The notes below the pieces were generated by a model that made no database searches, was not told the origin of the DNA, and saw only the letters and a program-made list of their open reading frames with translations. From the NCBI RefSeq assembly GCF_009914755.1, contig NC_060926.1: a DNA stretch of 64,000 nucleotides. One strand, given 5' to 3'. The stretch is from the human T2T-CHM13v2.0 reference genome, Homo sapiens. Numbering within the stretch: position 1 is the stretch's first letter; every line of letters starts with the position of its first letter. This document shows, piece by piece, positions 14,543 to 27,223 of this stretch. The translations under genes and the position numbers were made by a program.

Positions 14543-14959
14543 TGATATAGTTTGCATGTTTGTCCTCGTCCAAATCTCATGTTGAAATGTAATCCCCAGT
14601 GTTGAAGGTGGAGCCTGGTGGGAGGTGTTTTGGTCATGGGGGTGGATCACTTGTGGCTTGATGCTGTCCTCACCATAGTGAGTGGGTTCTCACAAGATCT
14701 GGTTGTTTAAAAGTGTGTGGCACCTCCACCCTCACTCTCTCTGTTGCTCCTGCTTTTGCCATGTGATGTACCTGCTCCCCCTTCACCCTCTGCCATGATT
14801 GGAAGCTTCCTGAGGCCTCCCTAGACGCCAAACAGATACCAATACCAAGCTTCCTGTAAAGCCTGCAGAACAGAACTGTGAGCTAATTAAACCTCTTTTC
14901 TTAATAAATTACCCAGTCTTGGCTATTTCTTTACAACCATGAAAGAACGACCTAACACA
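14543..14959 (+). mobile_element. MST-family (MSTA-like) MaLR solo LTR
   Basis: TG...CA ends, ccaaatctcatgttgaaatgtaatccccagtgttg and attaaacctcttttct motifs, degenerate 5-bp TSD ctgac/ctcac. Confidence 0.85.
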
Positions 14960-15269
14960 CTCACTGTGGGTATAATTGTAGAAATATATACCTCAGATCT
15001 GATTCTGTATATAATAGATTTCTTTATTTTTACTCTAACACTGAAAATGCAGAACATTCTGTTTGCTTAAGTACATTCTTCAAAATAGCATAGCAACTTA
15101 TTTTTTTTTCTACTTTTGGGCAATCAGACTGCATCCACTACTAACAATTACAATAAGCAATCAGCAAGCATGGATTTAATGTGATACCTCTTTATTCTTT
15201 AACTTTTTCTTTTTGGGGGGTTATTTTTAATTAAACATTTAAAAATAATTTTTAAAGCTCAATTTTTAC

Positions 15270-18200
15270 ATATCTTTTTAAATTGACAGATAACAGTGTA
15301 TGTTTTTATTGGGTACCACATGATGTTTTGAAGTACATATACATTTGTGGAATGGTTAAATCTAGCTAATTAACAAATGTACTGCCTCACATGGTTATCA
15401 TTTTTTGTGGTGAGAGCACGTAACATCCACTCTCTACATTTTTTGAGAGAATATATCATCATTTACTATAGTCTCCTTGCTGTAAAATAGGTCTCTTGAA
15501 AGTTATTCCTCCTACATAACTGTAATTATGTAGCCCTTGGCTAACATCCCCCCATCCCTCCTCCTGGCTAACTACACTAGCCTCTGGTAACTACCATTCT
15601 ACTTTCTACCTCTATGAGATCTACTTTTTTTAAAATTTCACATATGAGTGAGATCATGTGGTATTTGTCTTTCTGTGCCTGGCTTGTTTCATTTAGCATA
15701 ATGTTCTCCAGGTTCATCCATGTCGTCACAACTGGTGGGATTTCAATCCCTTTTTATGGCTAAATAGTATTCCATTATGTGTATGTACCACATTTTCTTT
15801 ATCTACTCATCTGTTGATGGACACTTAGGTTGACTCAATATCTTGGCTATTGTGAATGGTGCTACAATAAACATGGGAGTGCAGATATCTCTTTGACATA
15901 AAGATTTGAATTCCTTTGCATAGTGTGATTGCTGGATCATATGGTAGTTCTATTTTTAATTTTCTGAGCTTCTATAATGTTTTTCAGAGTGGCTGCACTA
16001 ATTTAAATGCCCCCCAAGGGTGTTTAAGAGCTTCCTTTTCTCCACAACATTGACAGCACTTATCTTTTGTCTTTTTGATAATGGCCATTCTAACTAGGGG
16101 AAAGTGATACGCCATTGTGATTTTGACTTGCATTTCTCTGATTAGGAATATTGAGCATTTTTTCATATATCTATTGGTCTTTCTTTTTGTGAAATGTCTA
16201 TTCAGGTATTTTGCCTGTTTTTCAAACAGGTTATTTATTTATTATTATTATTATTTGCAACTGAGTTGTTTAAGTTCGCTATGTATTTTTGATATTTACC
16301 CCTTGTCAGATGTATAGTTTGAAAATATTTTCTCCCATTCTGTAAGTTGTCTCTTCACTCTGTTGATTGTTTCCTTTTCTATACAGAAGCTCTCTTGTTT
16401 GATATAGTCACACATTTGTTTATTTCTGATTTTGTTTTTTGCCTTTGATTTTGAGGTCTTATCCAAAAAATCCTTGCTCAGACAATGTTTCTCCTATGTT
16501 TTCTTCTAGTAGTTTCATAGTTTCAAGTCTTACGTTTAAGTATTTAATCCATCTTAATTTTTGTATATGGTGAGAGATGAGTCAATTTTATTTTTCTGCG
16601 TGTGGATATCCAATTTTTCTAACATCATTTATTTATTATTTTTTATAATAATAATGACAATTATAGCATTTACTACAATGACTTTTAATACTCTAAGGTG
16701 CATGTGTGTGTCTCTGTTTTAATATTTTACAAATTGTCACAAAGGCACTCAACCCCATAGAAGACGTAGTATTTTTTAGTGTAAAGCAATTTTTGTAGTC
16801 TTGACAAAAATCATTTAAAATTCTGTCACAAAGCAAATTAATTTCCTATTTCATGAATTAAAAATGAAAAGAGACTACAAAAAGCTTTATTTGTTTTAAA
16901 TCATGTTTCCCTTCTTTTTTGGGGACAAAACAATGTCTACTTTAATTAGGTAAATCTTCCTCAGACTTTGATGTTGTATCATAGCATATATCATAATCTT
17001 ACCCACTATGTTTAGAGATTGTTTTTTAAATTAAGTGTGTAATAATGCCCACACCTTTATTAACTCTGTTTAGCTGCATTAGTTATGATGATGCTAAAAT
17101 CTCTCATATTTCATTTTTTCTTGATGTCATTTCATCAAACCATTAAGACTCATGGTTAAAATATAATAAATATATAATAGAGGCATATGTTTATTTAACA
17201 CAAAGCTTGTTGTTAGTATCATGTTCACAGTGGTGGGAGCCATGACTAATTCATCAGTGTTCCCAGTGCCTTGGCAGTAGGTCTTCACCATTAAATCTCA
17301 TGTTGTAGAATTACTTTATCACTTGATTTAAAAAGAATCATTTGCTTAATAATTTGCTTAGAGTAATGTTTGCTATTAGTGTATAAAAATGCTACTGTTT
17401 TTTCAGCAAAGACTTGGGACTAACTTAAATGTCCATCAGTGTTAGACTGGATAAAGAAAATGTGGCACATATACACCATGGAATACTATGCAGCCATAAA
17501 AAGAATGAGTTCATGTCCTTTGCAGGGACATGGGTGAAGCTGGAAACCATTATTCTCAGCAAACTAACACAGGAACAGAAAAGCAAACACCACATGTTCT
17601 CACTCTTAAGTGGGAGTTGAACAATGAGAACACATAGACACAGGGAGGGGAACATCAGGCACTGGGGCCTGTCAGGGGATGGGGGGTAAAGGGAGGGAGA
17701 GCATTAGGACAAATACATAATGTGGGGCTTAAAACCTAGATGATGGATTGATAGGTGTGGCAAACCACCATGGCACATGTGTGTAACAAATCTGCATGTG
17801 TATCCCAGAACTTAAAGTTAAAAAAAATGCTACTGTTTTTTGAACGTTGATTTTGTAACCTGCAACTTTATTGAATTAGTTTATTAGATCTAACAGTTTT
17901 TTTTCGATGTTTAAGATTTTTAGTGTATAAGAGCATGTCAAAAGCAAACATGGACAATTAACTTTCTCCTTTCCAATTTGGACGCCCTTTATTTCTTTCT
18001 TTTGTCTGGCTCTGGCTAGGACTTCCAGTACTATGTTGAATAGAAGTGGTGAAAGTGGGCATTCTTTTTTTCTTCCAAATCTTAGAATAAAAGCTTCAAA
18101 CTTTTCCCCATTCAGTATGATGTTAGCCATGGGTTTGTTGTATATGGCCTTTCTTATGTTCAGATACATTCCTTCTATACCTAATCCATTGAGAGTTTTT

Positions 18201-21200
18201 ATCATGAAGAGATGTTGAATTTTGTCAAATGTTTTTTTCTGCGTCTTTTGAAATGATTATATATTTTTTCTTTCATTTTGTTAACGTGGTATATTATATT
18301 TATTGATTTGTGTGTATTGAACCATCCTTGCATACCTGGGATGATTGGCTATGGTGAATAATCCTTTTAATGTGCTATTTGAGTTTGGTTTGCTAGTAGT
18401 TTATTATGGAATTTTGCATCTATGTTCATTAGCGATGTTGGTCTGTAGTTTTCCTTTTTGGTGGTGTTCTGGTCTGATTTTGACATCAGGATGATGCTGG
18501 CCTTATGGAATGAGTTTGAAAGAATTCCACTCTCTTCAACTTTGTGAAATAGTGTGAAAAGGCTTGGTGTTAGTTCTTCACTAAATGCTTGATAGAATTA
18601 AGGAATGAAGCCATCAGGCCCTGGGGTTTTCTTTGATGGAAGAGTTTTAAACTGCTAATTAAATCTCCTTCCCTATTGATCTGTTCAGTCTTTTTATTTC
18701 TTCATATTTCAATAGTGGTAGGTTTTATGTGTCCAGGAATTTATCTATTTCTTCAAGGTTTTCCAATTTGTTGGCATATAATTGTTCATAATAGTCTCTA
18801 TGATTCTTTGTATTTCAGTGGTATCAGCTTTAACATCTCCCTTTTCATTTCTGATTTTATTTATTTGAATATTCTTTTTTTCTTAGTCTAGCTTACAGTT
18901 TGCTTATTTTATTTATCTTTTTAAAAATCAGCTCTTCATTTTGTTGATCTTTTTTAGTCTCTATTGATTTATGCTCTGATTTTTATTATTTTTTCTTCTA
19001 CTAATTTTAGGTTTAGTTTTTTCTTGTTTTTCTAGTTCCTTGAGATGCAACATTACATTGTTTATTTATAAGAGTATATAGTATATAATGCTGTATACTC
19101 TTTTTGTCTTTGACAGTTTGATGATTATATGTTGTTGGGTAGTCTTATTTGGGTTCTTTCTTTTTAAATATAGGTGTTTATCACCATAAACATTCCTCTT
19201 AGGACTGCTAATGCTGTATTCCATAAGTTTTGGTATATTGTGTTTCCATTTTCATTTTTCTCAAGACATTTTAAAATTTTCCTTTAAATTTCTTTATTGG
19301 TCCATTGGTTGTTCAGTAACATGTTGTTTAATTTCCATGTATTTGCAAATTTTACCAGGTTTCTCCTGTTAATTCTTTCTAGTTTTATACCACTGTGGTC
19401 AGAGAAGATATGTGATATGATTTCAATCTTTTTAAATATGTTAATACTTGTTTTGTGGCCTAACATATATTCTGTTCTGAAGAATGTTCCATGTTGCAAT
19501 TGAAAAGAATATGTATTCTGTAGCAGTTAAATGCAATTGTTTTTTGTAAATTTCTGTTAGGTCTATTTTGTCTAGAGTGCCATTTAAATCTGATGTTTGT
19601 TAATTTTGTGACTGAATGATCTTTCCATTGCTGAAGGTGAAGTGTTGAAATCCCTTACAATTATTGTATTGCAATCTATCCCTTTCTTTAGATCTATTAA
19701 TATTTTCCTTGCTGAATTCACCCCTTTGCCATTATATAATGACCTCCTTTGTCTCATTTTTACTTAAATAAAAATTAAGTTTTAAATTTACAATCTATTT
19801 TATCCAATATAACTATAGCTACTTCTGCTCTCTTTTGGTTTCCATTTGGGTAGAACATCTTTTCCATCCCTTCACTTTCATTGTACATGTATCCTTATAG
19901 ATGAAGTGGGTTTCTTGTTGGCTGTGTAAGTTGGGCCTTGTTTTTTTTTTTTTTTTTTAAATTCAGCTACTTTATGACTTTTCATTGGATAATGTAGTTC
20001 ATTTATATTCAAGGTAATTATTGATTGTAAGAACTTACTCCTGCCATTTTGTTACATGTTTTCTAGTTGTTTTGTGGATCCTTTTTTGCTTTCTTTCTCT
20101 CTTACTATCTTCCTTTGTGGCTAATTTTCTTTAGTTGTATGTTTTGATTCCTAATTATTATTTTTAGTGCATAGGTTTTTGCTTTGTGGTTACCATGAGA
20201 CTTACAAAGACTTTTTATGGTTGTAACAGGTTATTTAAAACTGATGACAACTTAAATTTGATTGCAAAAATTTCTACTTTTTAATTTAACTCCTCTCTCA
20301 ACATTTTGAATTTTTGATGTCACAGCTTATATCTTTTTATGTTGCATATTCTTTAAGAACTTGTTATAGTTATTATTTATAATAGTTTTGTCTTTTAACC
20401 TTTTATACTAAAGATATAAGTGATTTACATACCACCATTATGTTAATAGAGTATTCAGAGTTTGACTATGTACCTACTTTTACCAACGAGTTATATTCTT
20501 TCAGATGTTTTCGTGTTACTCATTTGCATCTTTTTTTTCATCTTGCAGAACTCCCTTTAGCATTTCTTGTAAGACAGGTTTGGTGGCGATGAATTCCCTC
20601 AGTTTTTGTGTGTCTGAAAAGTCTTTATCTCTCCATCATTTTTGAAAGACAGCTTTGCTGACTAGAATATTCTTGGTTGGCACGTTTTTTTCCTTCAGCA
20701 TTTTAAAATTCCATTTTCTCCTGGCCTATGAGGTTTCTGTTGAGAAGTTTGCTGTTGGGCATATAGAGACCATTATATGTTATTTGCTTCTTTTCCCTTG
20801 CTACTTTCAGGATACTCTTTTTGTCTTTGACAGTTTGATGATTATATGTTGTGGAGTAGTCTTGTTTGGGTTGAGTTTGATTAGAGATCTTTGACCTTCC
20901 TGTACTTGGATATTTATATCTTTCTCCAGGTTTGGAAAGTTTTCCATTGTTATTCCATTCCTTTCTCTTTCTTTACTCCCTCTTGAGTACCAGTAACCCA
21001 TACATTTGCTCTTTTGATGTTACTCCATAAGTTTTATAAGCTTTCTTCATTTATTTTTATTCCCTTTTCTCCACTGACTGTATATTTTGAATTACCCTGT
21101 CTTTGAATTCACAGATTCTTTTCCTCTTGTTGTTCAGTTCTACTGTGGATGGTCTCATTGTATTTTTAATTTTTTTTTTCTCGGCTCCAGAATTTCTATT

Positions 21201-22170
21201 TGAGTTTTTGAAAGTTATTTCATTATCTCTGTTAAATTTCTCTGACCAAATTTTGAATTGTTTTTTGGTATGTTCTTGAAGTTTGCTGAGCTTCCTTAAA
21301 ACAGGTATCTTGAATTCCTTGTCAGGCAGTTCTTCCATCTCCATTTCTTCAGGGTCAGTCACTGGCACCTTATTTTGTCTGCTTGGTGAAGTGAACATTC
21401 CCTGATTTATTGTGATTCTTGTAGCCATTTGTAGATGTCCATGCATTGATGTAAGTACCTAATCTAGTCTTTGCAATCTGGCTTTGTTGGGGAGCTTCCT
21501 TTAGCAGTAAGCCTGTCCAGAGATTCAGAGAAGTTTGACTGGGGAGGTCCCTAAGCCTGTGACCATTTCAGCAATTGCAGCACTAGGAGCTGCTCTAAGT
21601 CCAGGATCACAATGGCCAGAATCCTTTGGCAGCAGAGGCTGAGGTAGCACTGGGTCACATCCAAAGCTTAGAGTCTCTGAGACCAGCACAGCACTACATA
21701 GGGCATGCTCAACACCATGGCCACTATGGCCTGCCCACTGCTGGCAGTGACTTGTACCAAACTGAAGTCCATCTCACTGGTGCCACAGGTTCCTCTCTGG
21801 TGCTGGGGTAGATCTAGAGGCTTCATCTACAGGTATAAGTCTGGTGGTAGGGATCAAGTTGTTTGCCCTGTGGTGGGTTTTACTGTGGCAGGCATGGTAC
21901 TGAGTTCCAAGGTGAAGTCTTACTCTTAATTCCTTTTTCTTTCCCCAAGAGATAATGTCTCTCTCTATACTGCACTGCCTGGGGTTAGGGAAGGGGTGAT
22001 GTGGGTAATGTAAAACTGTCCTTCCTATTCTCTTCAATGTATCTGTTATTATTATGATGCTAAAATCAAGTACTGTGATCTCTCACCTGGTTTCCTTTGC
22101 TCTTGTGATTTTTTTTGTGCATGAATAGTTGATCAAATTGATGTTTCTGTGTGGGATGATTAATGCAAAG
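15270..22170 (-). mobile_element. Near-full-length decayed L1 (L1MA-type) with nested insertions
   Basis: Antisense L1MA 3' UTR at 15270. ORF2 fragments (15984-16166; RT-like [18 protein letters not shown] at 17876-18205; EN-like at 19284-19499), ORF1 fragments (20807-21446) and 5' UTR-like sequence to about 22170. Confidence 0.88.
17404..17822 (+). mobile_element. 5'-truncated L1PA 3' end inserted into the older L1
   Basis: L1PA 3' UTR motifs with an A tail. 19-bp TSD AAAAATGCTACTGTTTTTT at 17385-17403 and 17823-17841. Confidence 0.92.
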
Positions 22171-23489
22171 TCCTACTTTCCTCCTTCCTCTGCCACTCTC
22201 CTCTAAAGTTTTCTTCCTCAATTGAATATAATGTTGGCATTGCAGTTTTATAAAAATCAACACTAAAATAAGTGTTAAAGTTAATTAATTCTGGAATATC
22301 CAATAGAAGAATTAGTCATTGGATATTCACTCGTATATCCATGCTATGCTAATAAATAGTGGCAGGTTGTTACATCTGCCAATTTATATTATTAATTAAA
22401 AGCTGATGACACATTAGCTTGTGACATGATTATGGTTGTAAGTGTTACAGCATCTCCATCCTGCTACAGGCTGTGTGATGATTTGGTATTCCCACCTCTT
22501 TTCTCTACTGTGAAAAACTTTGTTTGTTCAGTCACTGATACCTTGGACTTTCACTTGGCACAAATATGAGCTCAAACAAAAGCTCAAATATGAGTCCTGA
22601 CATCATGTGGCTGGACTCAAGGGTAAGGTGTTCATTCTGGTGATACAGAAGAGGCTATGATGACAGAGTATAACCAAAATGAAAACACCAATTTATAATA
22701 ATCTCATAGAAAGCATGTGGAACCCAGAAAACACAGATCTGGGCTCCCTGCCTTACCCAGCACATGTGAGAAATAGTGTATTATGCCATGGTTTACAAAA
22801 TCATGGAGGATCCCTGCAAGGAGCAATATCTTCATTTTCAGGTGAATAGTCTGGTCCACACCTAGTTTTTACACATTGCTATAGCAAATACTTCTGCATT
22901 TGAGAAGCACAAGCTCTAGGCTAATACTCATTGAATAATTTGTTTTCTTTGGACCTTTAGCAATTGGTGTTATAGAAGGTCTGATGCACTAGGAGAAGGG
23001 GGATTCTGGGGGCGGGGGCGGAATTAGTAGTCTTATAACCATGCCACCAGAGATTCACAATTGTAGATAAAACAGGTGAGCGGGTTGTTTCTCTGTCAAG
23101 TCGCTTTGGGGCTGATATCCTCTCACCTCAGGACTGCTGAAGGGTAATGGCTGTTTCCTGAATCTGGACAGGAAGACTTTGTCTCATAATTCATTAACAC
23201 CTGGGCATGGGGACTGAAGATGCTGCCCACAGAGTGCTGAAAACAATGGTCATAATTAATAATACATGTCAATAAAATATTGTTTTGTTTCTTAGACTGT
23301 TGCTGTGAGAAATCAGCAACAATTACCTTGAGCAAGATGGCAGAGCAAAGTCTGAGACATGTCATCATTAGGGCTGTCCCTATCTAGCAGGGTGTCAGCA
23401 AATGACCTACCCAGGGTAGAGTCACCCAAGGTGGAGCACCTGTGCAAATGTCATTACGTAGTGGCACAAGTACAGTAATGTTCAGCACA

Positions 23490-23700
23490 CCTGTATTTCC
23501 CAAACTTGAAACTACATTAGAATCATCTGGATATTCACTGAAAACCTAGGGCACTTGTGCTCGCTCCATGCCTAGTAGATTAAAATCCCCTCCTCCAGAA
23601 ATTGCAACTTACTAAGTTTATGGTGGGACCTAAGAATTAATATTTTACCAAAGACCCTAGGGAGTGCTAATTTCTAAGTAAACATGGGAAATACTCTTCT
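23490..23700. mobile_element. MER5A-like hAT DNA transposon
   Basis: tttcccaaacttga...cattagaatcatctgg...gtgggacctaagaatt motifs. Confidence 0.55.
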
Positions 23701-24020
23701 GGACCATCCAGTGGAGTTTTGTGTGTAAAAAGACACAAATTAATCATGCTTGGAATGATCTATATGCTTCTATAGAAATAAAGAGATATGTAACAATACA
23801 TACCTCCTGCTTTTTTTGACATTTACTTTTGTAAAGTTGTTCTCTCTTGAGTGATTTAAAAGCAAATTGAAGGAAAATGACTTGTATAAAAAGTTCACAT
23901 CCTCAAATAAAATTTTTCATATCCCCAAATTGGAAAGAACCGAAATTTCCATCAAGCAGTGAATAGATAAACAAGTTGTGGTGTATTCAATGCTACTTAG
24001 CAATAAAAAGAAATCAAGGA

Positions 24021-24920
24021 TGTGGGTGGTGGCACGCGGCACGGCAATGGCAGCAGGCGGCAGCGATCCACGGGCTGACGATGTAGAGGAGGACACTTCA
24101 CAGCTCCTTTTTCCTAAAGAGTTTGAAACAGCGGAGACCCTTCTAAATTCAGAAGTTCATATGCTTCTGGAACATCGAAAGCAATAGAACGAGAGTGCAG
24201 AGGATGAACAGGAACTCTCAGAAGTCTTCATGAAAACAATGAAACTACACAGGCCGTTTCAGTGGTTTCGAAAACAGAGAGACCATTGCCAGTGTTCGTA
24301 GCTCTAGAAAAACCTTCATAAATTTGAGTTGGTCTGTTTGGCCAACCTTTGCCCAGAGACTGCTGAGGAGTCCAAGGCTCTAATCCCAAACTTGGAGGGG
24401 TGGTTTGAAGATGAGGAGCTGCAGCAGGTTCTTGATGATATCCAGACAAAGCACAGCTTTCAGTATTAATCCCTAAACATCACTGCTGCTTGGAGAAACT
24501 ATGGCCCCACAGGGTCTGGGGCTGATTTGCATAGATATTTCATTGTAGAAGACAGTTGGGAATTCCTTTGGAGAAAACAGCCCAACTTGCTGTTGGGTTA
24601 GGTTGCTGTTTCAAATAATTCGTAGGTCCAGGTGACATGTAATCTTGGAGCAGCCTTGTGCAGTGGCTGCCAGTGGCTTCCTGAGTGTGCCCTGGGAAGT
24701 GTGAGGTGGCTCGGGTGGGAGGGGGTGTCATATTAGCCACACTGTTGACTCCCTCATTCATGACTTTTGGCCCCCACGTTATCTTGTATTCTTAATACTT
24801 CATGTTTTAATTTCAGTGTGTTTATACGTTTTGAAACTAGACCAGAACATAGTAGACTTTATAGAGAAAGACCAGTTTTATCTAGATGCCAAAGGAAGAA
24901 TTAAACCACTGTTATTGTTT
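24021..24920 (+). pseudogene. Processed POLR2D (RPB4) pseudogene; former CDS 24047-24469
   Basis: Intronless [46 protein letters not shown], premature TAG at 24185-24187, later indels, C-terminus ...[11 protein letters not shown] at 24469, then 3' UTR-like sequence (3' limit approximate). Confidence 0.93.
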
Positions 24921-24924
24921 GAGA

Positions 24925-25240
24925 CTTTTTTTTTTTTTTTTGGAGGTAGGGTCTTAACTCTATTGCCCAGGCTGGAGGAGTGCAATGGTGCAATCATGGC
25001 CCACTGCAACCTTCTGGGATCAAAAAATCCTCCTGCCTCAGCCTCCCAAATGGCTGGGGCCGCAGATGTGCACCACCACTCTTGGCTAATTAAAAAAAAA
25101 TTTTATTTTATTTTATTTTAAATAGAGGGTGTGTCTCACTATGTTGCCCAGACTGGTCTTAAACTCCTGGCCTCAAGTGATCCTCCTGTCTTATCCTCCC
25201 AAACTGCTGAGATTACAGGTGTGAGCCACTGCACCTGGCC
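24925..25240 (-). mobile_element. Alu (diverged, AluJ-like)
   Basis: Poly-T start, two antisense Alu arms, ends gagccactgcacctggcc. Confidence 0.9.
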
Positions 25241-25635
25241 TGAGGAGTATGTAAAGTTCCTGGGCCTCTGTGCATGCCTGAGCAGCTGCTGTTCAGAGAC
25301 TTCAAGCAGCTCTGTGTCAGACCCCAGGTCCTGGTAATGTGCGCTCACTCCACCTCCTGATCTGAGGGTTGCAAAGATTCATGGGAGAAGTGTGGTTTCC
25401 TGCTTCCCTTGGCGGGGTGCTGGGGAGTCCCTTGGCTCTCTGTCGCTAACAGGAGGACTGTCACCTCGCCCTGCTTTCCTTTGTTCTCTGTGGGTCGAGT
25501 TGTTTCCCTGATCAGTCCCAATGCGAGTACCTGGATATATCAGTTGAAGGTGCTGTATTTACTCACCCCTTTTTGTTATTTTCCATGAGTGCCACACACT
25601 GCAGCTGCTTCTCATTGGTCATCTTGGCCCCCACC
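25241..25635 (-). mobile_element. L1P 5' UTR fragment
   Basis: cctgatcagtcccaatgcgagtacctggatatatcagttgaaggtgctgtatttactc resembles older L1P 5' ends (recall). Confidence 0.6.
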
Positions 25636-25797
25636 AGCAGTTCTTAATTCTAGAGAAAAAATTAAGTTATTCAGGAGACAAAATGTAATCATAATTTACT
25701 ATATAGCCTAATTGTCAGTAATGTTTATATTGCAATAATAGTGTATATGCTATCCAAAATCATGATGTAAATATTTTGGAAGGATGCATGGATGAAT

Positions 25798-25798
<1 letters not shown>

Positions 25799-25828
<30 letters not shown>
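25799..25828. repeat. (TG)n microsatellite
   Basis: About 14 TG units read directly. Confidence 0.95.
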
Positions 25829-25831
<3 letters not shown>

Positions 25832-27223
25832 ATGTAGTAGGGAGTTAGATGAGTTGTGTATGACAATTAAAACTATTTTCCATGGAAGGATGTTAACACA
25901 TAATGGCTCAAACAGAAAAATCGAGAAATAGCACCACACTCATAGTACTTTGAAAAATGGAGGTAAATATCAAAAACAATTAAAAGAGTAAAAACTGGTT
26001 TTCTCTGAGCAGCAGGAAATAATGACTATTCTGTTTTGTAACAAGACTTTGAAGCCTGAGAAAACAGACTATGTTTATGTGAAGCTTTTGTTTCTGGAGA
26101 TGAAAATAGCAGAGCCAAGAGGAATGATGAAAAAATTCACTGTTGGACTATATGGAAAACTCAGGCTGTGTTCATGGTCTTTGAGTGAACTATTTTCAAG
26201 TAAGTGGTCTACCCCTTGATATTTGAATTTAAGATAGTTTACTTTTGTTATTAATACTCTTTCTGTTTTAAGCAAATTGTGATTGTCAATTTTACCAATG
26301 GGTTGGAGGCCATAGACTGAGAAAGCAACCCTCCTTTTCTGCACTGGAAGGATGAACCATCATTCTGCCTGTGGGACCTTGCTCTGACATTGCCTTGGAT
26401 TGGAATCCAAGTCTATGGAGAGGGACTATGTGTTTTCGTTCTTCGTGGGTCCATGTCTTTAAATTTTAATATAGTATTTTTACACTTAAAATGGTCATAA
26501 AGGATTTTATTTTACTTTTTCCTTCTGTAAGATTTAGATAAAAGACTTTCTGGCTTTCTCATATAACTGGCTTTATTTTTTCATCTTTATTACTGATGTC
26601 TGATTTATTTCTGCCTTTTAAATATTTATTATTTTAGCTTATTTTGTTTTATTTAGATTTACATATGGCTTTTAAAAAAGGTTCTCTAAGAATTTAATGA
26701 AGTAATGAGATTAAACACTCAATAAAGAATAGAAATAAACTCAAATAAATATGGAGGTAAATATCAAAAACAGTTAAAAGACAATAAACAAGAATACTTA
26801 TTGTTGTATTGTCCTGATCATCTCCAGGAAATCCAGGAAGTTGCTTTATAATCCATTTTCTTTCTATGGTGTAAAAGAAATACTGAGTAGGTAAGAAGGA
26901 ATATTTGTAACAAATATATCTAAGGTCTAAACAAAAGAGACCTATATAAACTCACCCAGATGAATAAACAGAACTAGGAACTTTGGAAGAACTGTATGCC
27001 CATCCTCTATTCTATCCTCTTCTCTTCCTCCCCACAGATGTAATTGTCATCCTAAATTTGATGGTAACTATTCTCTTAAATTTTGTTATAGTTTTACCAT
27101 CTATGTATATGCCCCTAAAATAGATATTGTTTATGCTTTAAACTTTATATAAATGAAATAATACTGTATGTATTCTTTTACATCTTGCTTATTCACATTC
27201 TTGGGATTCATGGTGATATGTCA

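Noticed and set aside
15270-22170. Active L1 retrotransposon
   Set aside because: ORF1 and ORF2 are broken into short fragments by stops, frameshifts, a replacement and nested insertions.
22998-23020. G-rich GC-box/G-quadruplex-like patch as a hidden promoter
   Set aside because: Isolated, with no CpG island and only three solid G-runs. No linked exon could be supported.
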